From the NCBI GenBank assembly GCA_017478185.1, contig JAFVEA010000009.1:133264-197263 (forward strand): 64,000 nt of DNA. The letters are read 5' to 3'. Position numbers and translations under genes: made by a program. Below are positions 1-6,556 of the stretch, piece by piece (the first letter of the stretch is position 1; every line of letters starts with the position of its first letter). The DNA is from Clostridia bacterium. GTDB taxonomy: Bacteria; Bacillota; Clostridia; Christensenellales; UBA1242. The notes under the pieces are model-generated. The model was not told where the DNA came from. It ran no database searches and worked only from the letters and a program-made list of their open reading frames with translations.

Positions 1-2
1 TT

Positions 3-2747
3 CCAGAAGATGGGCTTACCATATCTAACATAACAATTTCTGGAAATGGTACAATAGGTGGATTTGTTGGACACAACTCATCACAAATTTCAGGCAAAAT
101 AAAAGTGGAGTACACAAATTTGTCATCAACAGGTGGGGCTGCTGAAATCGGTTCTGTTTATGGGCGAACAAATCAAAATGTTGACTACTTTGAAATGAAA
201 TACGTGAAAATAACCGATGAATTTGGCGCAACTGTTGGAAAAGTTGTTGGAGTTATCACAAATGGCAGTTCAACAATTTCAGGAAGATTTATGGGGTACA
301 ACAGATATCCTGTAACGGGAACTTTTGGAGGACTTGTTGGAAAAGTTTTGGAAAACGCAACACTTAATGTTGATATGATGAGAAGGGATTTCGCTCTTGA
401 AACTTCAAAAAAAGCCCAAAATGTTGGAGGAATTGTTGGAGAACTTTTTGGAACACTCAATATAACAACAATGAAAAATGTTAGCGTAACAGATGACTTT
501 GGTTCAACAAATGTTGGTGGATTTGTTGGAAAAGTTGCAAGCGGGGGAATAATTAACTACACTTCTAATGAAGCAGCAAGACAAATAACAGTTAGCGGAA
601 ACAGTGAAAACATTGGTGGCTATGTTGGAGTAAATGATGGAACTATAAACTTTGTGTTTGACGGAAATTATGATACAACAACGCTTTCACCAAAGGGAGA
701 AACGGCGCAAAATGCCGGTGGAATTGTTGGTTACAACAAAGGAATCATAAATGCAGAAATTAATGGAAACAACCAGTTTGGAGTAACCTCAACAAATACA
801 AATGCAAACAGCACAACTGGTGGAATTGCAGGGCTTAATGAAGGGCAAATTGAAAAAGCAATTATCTCAAACATTTCGGTTAGCGGAACAAATTATGTTG
901 GTGGAGTTGCAGGGCTTAATGAGGGGCAAATTGAAAAGGCAATTATTTCAAATATTTCGGTTGGCGGAATAAATTATGTTGGTGGAATTGCTGGGAAAAA
1001 CGCTGGAACAATTGGAAAAGATGACACCACAAATTATGTTCAACTTCAAGGTGGCATAGAAGTTTCAGGAAACACTTATTTGGGAGCAATCACAGGCTTA
1101 AATGACACTGGAGCTAGCATTATTGGTTCAACAAAATCAATAATAACAGATGCTAATGGAACTTATTTGGTAACATATAATTCAGCTTCAAACAGTGAGG
1201 ATTCAGGAGTTGGAATGTTTGTTGCAGTAAATAATGGAACTATGAGAAATATTATTCTATCATTTAATAGTTCACAATCATTTGCTGTAAGCAATGCGTC
1301 AACAAATGTTGGTTTAATTGTGGGCTTAAACAGTGGAACAATAGAAAACAATGATTTGGGCTTAACAGCATTCTCAAATGCTCAAACTGTAACTATTAGT
1401 GCTACAGATCCAGCAACAATTCAATTAACTAATGTTGGACTTATTGGAAAGAATACTGGAACAATTAAGGTTAAAAACATAACAGCTTATGGGCTTCAAA
1501 TAACAGGTTATACAAATGTTGGAGTTGTTGGCAACAACAGCGGAACTCTAAATATAACAAATGCTTTGATTTCTGGAAGTGAGGAAAAACCAATAAAAAT
1601 AACAGCAACAGACACAACTAATGGTTATGCTGGAGCAATTGGTTATAACAGCGGAGCAGTTGTTTCATATCTTGTTGTTAACAATCTAGAAATAACAGCA
1701 CAAACCGCAGGCGCAATTGCTGGATATAATAGTAGTTCAAAATTTAATGGAAGCGGAAAGTTTAACTTGTTTGGAACAAATTATTACATTATGGGCAACG
1801 GAATTTATGGAAGCATAACAGACACAACTAAAGTCGCTTCAATTGATAATGGCAACAACTTTAAGATGACATATCACTTAAGTGGCAACGATGTTTTGGA
1901 TGCAAAAGGTAACACAGTTGCAAGCCTAGAAACAAAAACATTGTATGTAGAAAATGGAAATATTTATTTTGATGAAACAAAAACAAAACCAGCAACAAAG
2001 AACAGTTCAAGCATAACGCTTCATGTTAATGACAATAAAGTTTATAGAGATAGCGATTACAACAATCAAATATCAACAACATCGCAAACTATAAACTTAC
2101 ACTACTATAACAATGCAATTTATAAAGATATTGACCACGCTCAAAAATTGTGTGATGTTGAAAGCAGTGGAACAGAAGCTAGTGGAGTAACATATTATCC
2201 ATTCACTTTGTTTGGTGTAACTTATTATTATTCAACTTATGGCATAACAACAAATCAAAGCAATAGCCCAATATCACAAATTCAAGTTGATGTGTTTGCG
2301 ATGTTTGGAGATGATTATTATCTTGCAAACAATACTCTTTTTAATAGTGATTATGTTGAATTAATCGGAAACAGAATTCCAGTAGATTCAATCAATTTGT
2401 TTGGAAATGTTTATTATGCAAAGAATAACAAAATTTATGATTCAAGTTATAATGAGATAGACTCAAACATTTCCTTAGATAAATTCACTTTGCATGATGT
2501 TAACTATTATGTGGCAAACGGCACAATTTATAATGAATTATCAAACAGTATTGGCTTGGCTTCAGGATTTAGCATAACTTATCAAATTTTGTATGTTGAC
2601 GGAAAGGCTAGCAAAGTTACAACGGATAATCAAGAAATTAATGTTGACTTAGTTATGGAAGTTAGCATTTCAAATGTTAAGTTAAACAACGAATCATCAG
2701 TTGTGAAATTTGGAGTAAATGAAGCCACTGGTTTAAGTTGGATTTAA
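3..2747 (+). CDS. Large surface protein, 5'-truncated by the window edge. It has a GLUG-motif repeat region followed by C-terminal aromatic YY repeats that resemble cell-wall-binding repeats.
   Basis: Frame 3 is open from nt 3 (PEDGLTISNITISGNGTIGGFVGHN...), so the GTG at 105 in the ORF track is internal. There are at least 12 copies of N(V/I)GG(I/F/V)(V/A)G-x-N-x-G-x-I. The C-terminus carries 20-25 aa repeats such as FGNVYYAKNNKIYD and LHDVNYYVANGTIYNE. Stop at 2745-2747 is followed by a hairpin terminator. Confidence 0.8.
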   Translation, partial: PEDGLTISNITISGNGTIGGFVGHNSSQISGKIKVEYTNLSSTGGAAEIGSVYGRTNQNVDYFEMKYVKITDEFGATVGKVVGVITNGSSTISGRFMGYNRYPVTGTFGGLVGKVLENATLNVDMMRRDFALETSKKAQNVGGIVGELFGTLNITTMKNVSVTDDFGSTNVGGFVGKVASGGIINYTSNEAARQITVSGNSENIGGYVGVNDGTINFVFDGNYDTTTLSPKGETAQNAGGIVGYNKGIINAEINGNNQFGVTSTNTNANSTTGGIAGLNEGQIEKAIISNISVSGTNYVGGVAGLNEGQIEKAIISNISVGGINYVGGIAGKNAGTIGKDDTTNYVQLQGGIEVSGNTYLGAITGLNDTGASIIGSTKSIITDANGTYLVTYNSASNSEDSGVGMFVAVNNGTMRNIILSFNSSQSFAVSNASTNVGLIVGLNSGTIENNDLGLTAFSNAQTVTISATDPATIQLTNVGLIGKNTGTIKVKNITAYGLQITGYTNVGVVGNNSGTLNITNALISGSEEKPIKITATDTTNGYAGAIGYNSGAVVSYLVVNNLEITAQTAGAIAGYNSSSKFNGSGKFNLFGTNYYIMGNGIYGSITDTTKVASIDNGNNFKMTYHLSGNDVLDAKGNTVASLETKTLYVENGNIYFDETKTKPATKNSSSITLHVNDNKVYRDSDYNNQISTTSQTINLHYYNNAIYKDIDHAQKLCDVESSGTEASGVTYYPFTLFGVTYYYSTYGITTNQSNSPISQIQVDVFAMFGDDYYLANNTLFNSDYVELIGNRIPVDSINLFGNVYYAKNNKIYDSSYNEIDSNISLDKFTLHDVNYYVANGTIYNELSNSIGLASGFSITYQILYVDGKASKVTTDNQEINVDLVMEVSISNVKLNNESSVVKFGVNEATGLSWI
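828..989 (+). repeat. In-frame tandem duplication, 2 x 81 bp (27 aa), inside the GLUG-repeat protein
   Basis: 828-908 and 909-989 are about 90% identical (gcagggcttaatga(a/g)gggcaaattgaaaa(a/g)gcaatt...). The protein reads AGLNEGQIEKAIISNISV(S/G)G(T/I)NYVGG(V/I) twice. Confidence 0.9.
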
Positions 2748-2752
2748 ACAAA

Positions 2753-2786
2753 AAAAGATTTTATCGTTTCGATAAAATCTTTTTTG
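2753..2786. terminator. Rho-independent terminator, usable from both strands, between convergent genes
   Basis: 13-bp perfect stem aaaagattttatc / gataaaatctttt with a 5-nt loop. It has a T-run on the + strand and an A-run upstream. Confidence 0.8.
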
Positions 2787-2806
2787 TGTAATATCAAAAA
2801 ACTTGT

Positions 2807-3325
2807 TTAGTTTTGTCTAACTTCAACAAAATTAATCATAAGTGCGTTAAAAATCGCCTGAGAAAGTTTGTTTATGATGCCAATTTTTGAGCCAAACAAT
2901 GTTTTAAAGTGTTTTTTGTGCATAGAACAAACGCCAAACAAAAACCAGTCTGCTTCAACATTTTGGTTCATCAAATGCTCATTGAAAGGCTTGTAATTTT
3001 CTGCCAAAACAATTTTTCCTAAGCGCTCGGGGTTTGATGTTGTGCTGGCATCAATAATTAAAAGTTTTTTGTTTTTGTGTGTTGATTTCACAAAATCTAG
3101 CGCATATTTTAAGTTTTGGCAAACAATAGGGCTGTCTAAAGTTCCATAAACATAACCCATATAGCCATTTTCTTTTAACATACTTCCAACAGTGGGGCCA
3201 AGGCAATCATCCAAAAGCTTGTTGCTCCCCAAACATAACACAACAGGTGGTTCGTCAAAATTTTTTGCTATATCATAAGAAATTTTTTTTAGTGATTCTC
3301 CCCAAATAGACCAAGTTTTGTTCAT
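2807..3325 (-). CDS. yyaC: YyaC-like putative sporulation protease (DUF1256 family)
   Basis: 172 aa with VLCLGSNKLLDDCLGPTVGSML, matching the family's CIGTDRSTGDSLGPLVG-type core. RBS GGAGGG lies 4 nt upstream of the ATG. Confidence 0.7.
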   Translation of the reverse strand: MNKTWSIWGESLKKISYDIAKNFDEPPVVLCLGSNKLLDDCLGPTVGSMLKENGYMGYVYGTLDSPIVCQNLKYALDFVKSTHKNKKLLIIDASTTSNPERLGKIVLAENYKPFNEHLMNQNVEADWFLFGVCSMHKKHFKTLFGSKIGIINKLSQAIFNALMINFVEVRQN

Positions 3326-3396
3326 ATACCCTCCATTTTAATGATATACAAAACAACAATTTCTAAACAAAAATTAAAAAAAAATTTTTTAGGGGG

Positions 3397-3425
3397 TTGA
3401 TTTTTTAGATAAAGTGTGATATTCT
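3397..3425 (+). promoter_or_regulatory. Sigma-A-type promoter for the cvpA-like gene
   Basis: TTGATT, 17-nt spacer, TATTCT, with TGn immediately upstream of the -10 (extended -10). It overlaps the GTG at 3416, which argues against that start. Confidence 0.45.
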
Positions 3426-3445
3426 TTTTCAAGAGGAATAGAGTT

Positions 3446-4120
3446 ATGGTTTTTCCAATTTTAGATGTTTTGGTTGCAATGGTGCTTATCATATTTATTT
3501 TGGTGGGCATATACAAAGGATTTTGGCGCAGTTTAATTTCAATGTTTTCTGTGCTTGTTACTTTGATTTTGGCTATTTTGCTTGCAAAGCCACTGTCTAT
3601 GCTTTTTCAAAACTGGTTTCATTTTAGTTCCGCTTTGGGCAACAGTTTTCATGGCGGTGTTGAAAGCTATGTTAACGCCAACGGAACAGGTGGCTGGCTT
3701 GGGCAAGCAATGAACATAATTATGGGCAAAGATTATATGGCAAATGTGTCTGACAACGCAACGCTTGTTAATGACTTTTCATTTAAGCTTGGGCAAATTT
3801 GCAACATTTTGATTTGCGCTGTTGTTTTGTATATTTTGATAAGAATTGGTTTGTGGCTAATGTCAAAACTATTGAAAAAGATAACAGAAAACGAAATTGC
3901 AAACGGAGTGGACAAAGGTTTGGGTGCGGTTTTTGGGCTCATAAAAGGAGCGGTGTCAATATTTGTTCTTATGGCACTTATATTTGAACTAAGCAGCTTT
4001 ATAATGCCGGTTGGTGATTGGTTTAACAATATGTTAGAGCACAACAAATTCACATCACTTTTATATGGGTGGTCAAAAGATATAATGCAAAATGTTATTG
4101 TTCCGTTTTTTGTGAAGTAA
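3446..4120 (+). CDS. CvpA-family integral membrane protein
   Basis: N-terminus MVFPILDVLVAMVLIIFILVGIYKGFWRSLISMFSVLVTLILAILLAKPL is typical of the CvpA family, and there are several TM segments. ATG 3446 follows RBS AGAGGA. The track start (GTG 3416) lies inside the predicted promoter. Confidence 0.75.
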   Translation: MVFPILDVLVAMVLIIFILVGIYKGFWRSLISMFSVLVTLILAILLAKPLSMLFQNWFHFSSALGNSFHGGVESYVNANGTGGWLGQAMNIIMGKDYMANVSDNATLVNDFSFKLGQICNILICAVVLYILIRIGLWLMSKLLKKITENEIANGVDKGLGAVFGLIKGAVSIFVLMALIFELSSFIMPVGDWFNNMLEHNKFTSLLYGWSKDIMQNVIVPFFVK

Positions 4121-4142
4121 AAATAATTTTAGGAGAAAAAAT

Positions 4143-4460
4143 ATGAAAACTTTTGATGATGTAAAAAAACATATATATGATAAAAGAATACAAAAGCTAA
4201 CTCAAAAGCGGCAAAAGTTAACAGATGAAATTTATGAATTAGACCATGATATTATTGGCTTTAGGCAAGATGAGATGTATGAGCAAGAAAAAGAGAGTTA
4301 TGGTGAACCAGTGGATGAATTTATTCTAAAAAATGCAACAAAATTTAGGCAAAGAGCTGAAATGATGTGGGTTAACAAAACCATTAAACGAGAAAAAACA
4401 GAAGCTAGATTAGAAAAACTTCAACAAAAGCGTTCAAATGAGCCAAGTTTAAAAAAATAA
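4143..4460 (+). CDS. Hypothetical charged, coiled-coil-like protein (105 aa)
   Basis: RBS AGGAGA lies 6 nt upstream of the ATG, and a terminator follows the stop immediately. No family recognised. Confidence 0.65.
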   Translation: MKTFDDVKKHIYDKRIQKLTQKRQKLTDEIYELDHDIIGFRQDEMYEQEKESYGEPVDEFILKNATKFRQRAEMMWVNKTIKREKTEARLEKLQQKRSNEPSLKK

Positions 4461-4483
4461 AGAGCAATTTTGCTCTTTTTTTG
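4461..4483 (+). terminator. Rho-independent terminator
   Basis: agagca-attt-tgctct followed by T7. Confidence 0.65.
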
Positions 4484-4529
4484 TTTTGTGAAAATTATTT
4501 AATTAATTTAAATCGTTATTTTCGTTAAA

Positions 4530-4536
4530 TTCGACA
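4530..4536 (-). promoter_or_regulatory. Consensus 0A box (TGTCGAA on the minus strand) upstream of spo0A
   Basis: Plus strand reads ttcgaca, the reverse complement of TGTCGAA, 133 nt upstream of the spo0A ATG. Confidence 0.45.
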
Positions 4537-4632
4537 TTTTGTTATAAAAATTTATGAAATTGTCTAAAATTTGTTATGCGTGCAACAAAAATCGCATTTA
4601 TTTTTTAAAAATATTATGCTAATCTTTATTTT

Positions 4633-4639
4633 ATCGACA
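4633..4639 (-). promoter_or_regulatory. Near-consensus 0A box (TGTCGAT on the minus strand) upstream of spo0A
   Basis: Plus strand reads atcgaca, 30 nt upstream of the spo0A ATG. Confidence 0.35.
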
Positions 4640-4668
4640 CGCCGTATTGAAAAAATGGAGGTAATTTT

Positions 4669-5442
4669 ATGGGTATAACAAAAATTGTTATTGTTGATGA
4701 CAGCAAGCAAATGAAAGAAATGGTGGAAAAGAACTTTTATGATAACAAAAAATATGAAATACGAGAAGTAAATGATGGGCAAAAAGCATATGAACAAATA
4801 AAATCTTTTGAACCAGATGTTGTGGTGCTTGATTTAATTCTTCCAAACAAAGATGGCTACAGTGTTTTAAGCAGTTTAAAAAGCTTAGAAAATATGCCCA
4901 AAATCATTATTTGTTCAGCGCTAACAAACCCTAATTTTGTTCACAAGGCGTTAGAGATGGGGGCAGATTATTTTTTGGGTAAGCCATGTTCGTTTGAAGA
5001 CTTAGAAAAAGCTATTTGTGAGCAATTTGATGAAAATGTTAATCAAACAAAAATAACAAAAATTGTTGATAGCTTTAAGCCTAAAAAAGTTTATAGTAGT
5101 ATGGATGAAAAAATTTCAAACATTTTTATAACAGTTGGAATTCCAGCTCACATAAAAGGCTATCAATTTTTGCGTGAAGCAATAAAGATGACAATAAATT
5201 CACCAGATATCATAAACAGCATCACAAAAAAATTGTATCCAAACATTGCAACCATGTTTTCAACCAGCCCAAGCAAAGTTGAAAGAGCAATAAGGCACGC
5301 CATTGAGGTTGCGTGGAATAGGGGAAAGATAGAAAACATAAACTCAGTTTTTGGGCTTCCTGTTTATGGCTCAAATGACAAGCCAACAAATGGAGAGTTT
5401 ATTGCTTTGGTGGCAGACAAAATGCTTGTTGAGGGAGCTTAA
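4669..5442 (+). CDS. spo0A: Sporulation master regulator Spo0A (receiver domain plus Spo0A-specific DNA-binding domain)
   Basis: Receiver motifs IVDDS and VVVLDLILPNKDG are present. The C-terminal signature is GIPAHIKGYQFLREAI ... SKVERAIRHAIEVAWNRG. RBS GGAGG. Confidence 0.93.
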   Translation: MGITKIVIVDDSKQMKEMVEKNFYDNKKYEIREVNDGQKAYEQIKSFEPDVVVLDLILPNKDGYSVLSSLKSLENMPKIIICSALTNPNFVHKALEMGADYFLGKPCSFEDLEKAICEQFDENVNQTKITKIVDSFKPKKVYSSMDEKISNIFITVGIPAHIKGYQFLREAIKMTINSPDIINSITKKLYPNIATMFSTSPSKVERAIRHAIEVAWNRGKIENINSVFGLPVYGSNDKPTNGEFIALVADKMLVEGA

Positions 5443-5498
5443 AAACAAAAAACTAAATTTAAGAGTTTTTCAACTTTTAAAAATAATATTATTTTAAA

Positions 5499-5595
5499 AT
5501 TCTCACGTAGGCTAGCGCCTCCTTAAAATGCCTTTCGGATACCTTATCAAGGCATTGCGAGGGCTTTAGCTTTGTGGCAATTTGGTGAGAATGAC
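5499..5595. repeat. GC-rich structured intergenic element, copy 1 (inverted homologue at 60813-60883)
   Basis: The reverse complement aligns block by block with 60813-60883: attgccac; tcgcaatgNc-loop-gNcatt; aggaggcg(c/t)tagcc(t/g)acgtgagaat. Its termini attctcac (5499-5506) and gtgagaat (5585-5592) can pair. Confidence 0.75.
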
Positions 5596-5843
5596 AAAAA
5601 AGTGTTTGTTTTTTGTAAATTTTTCTCCATAACTCTATCTTTTAGTTTAATATTTTGGGTTAAAAAAGCGTTTTAAATTTAAATTTTTTTAAAAAATCTT
5701 TAAAAAAGTTGCAAAAAAACATAAAAATTATAAAAATTTTTAAAAAACGGGCAAAATATTAAAAAAATAATTTAATTTCATTTTACTTTTTATGCATATT
5801 ATTTTATAATAAAGCAACACCAATTTGGGGAGGTTTTTTAAAG

Positions 5844-6458
5844 ATGAGTAAAGGAGTAACACAATATGTAAGATGTCCACGATGTGAACTTAATTACATT
5901 TTAAAGAAAGACAAGTTGTGTTCAGTTTGCAAAAAAGAAGTTGAGGCAGCTTATAAAAATGGTGAAGATGACGGTGACATTGATTTAAGTTTGGACTTTG
6001 ATATTTGCCCAGTTTGCAAAACAAATTATATTAGCGAAGATGAAGATATGTGCGCTCAGTGTGCAAAAGCTCGTGATATCGACAGAGCTCTTCACGGCGA
6101 CAGTATGCTTTTTGAAGAAGAAGACCAAGATGACTATGAAAATGATAGGCTTAAAGATGATGATGAGCTTGGTGAAATGATGGGCGTAACAGACAGTGAT
6201 GATATGGATTCAGACATCGGTGACCTTGACTTAGACATTGGGCTTGATGATGAAATGAACTTTGATGACTTAAATGATGACCTAGAAGATGACGAGGAAG
6301 AAGACGACTTTGATGACGATGACGAGGATGATTTTGACGACGAGGATGACGACGAAGAGGAAGATGATGACGACTTTGATGACGATGACGAGGAAGAAGA
6401 TGAAGACATAAAGCCTAAAAAATCAACAAAAACAAAAAAATCTACAAAAAAGAAATAA
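5844..6458 (+). CDS. Double zinc-ribbon protein with a roughly 110-aa poly-Asp/Glu tail and a short Lys-rich C-terminus
   Basis: Two CxxC-x(n)-CxxC units are present (CPRC...CSVC and CPVC...CAQC). The second half is almost pure D/E and the protein ends KKSTKTKKSTKKK. RBS GGGGAGG, with a terminator after the stop. Confidence 0.8.
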   Translation: MSKGVTQYVRCPRCELNYILKKDKLCSVCKKEVEAAYKNGEDDGDIDLSLDFDICPVCKTNYISEDEDMCAQCAKARDIDRALHGDSMLFEEEDQDDYENDRLKDDDELGEMMGVTDSDDMDSDIGDLDLDIGLDDEMNFDDLNDDLEDDEEEDDFDDDDEDDFDDEDDDEEEDDDDFDDDDEEEDEDIKPKKSTKTKKSTKKK

Positions 6459-6461
6459 CAA

Positions 6462-6492
6462 AAAAGTGCTTTAAGTTTAAAGCGCTTTTTTG
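6462..6492 (+). terminator. Rho-independent terminator
   Basis: aaaagtgctttaa-gt-ttaaagcgctttt (one G-U pair) followed by a T-run. Confidence 0.75.
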
Positions 6493-6556
6493 TTTTTAAT
6501 GCATTTAAGTTGTAAAAAACAAAAAATTAGTTTATAATAAACTAGAGGTAAATTAT

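Noticed and set aside
3416-3445. Alternative upstream starts from the ORF track: GTG 3416, TTG 47696, TTG 48525, ATG 49966, ATG 56475 and TTG 36017
   Set aside because: In each case an ATG with a properly spaced Shine-Dalgarno lies just downstream. The longer start overlaps the RBS, a predicted promoter or the upstream gene's stop.
6134-6409. 91-aa poly-Ser ORF on the minus strand
   Set aside because: It is the antisense reading of the GAT/GAA-rich poly-Asp/Glu coding region of the 5844-6458 gene. It has no RBS and is a compositional artefact.
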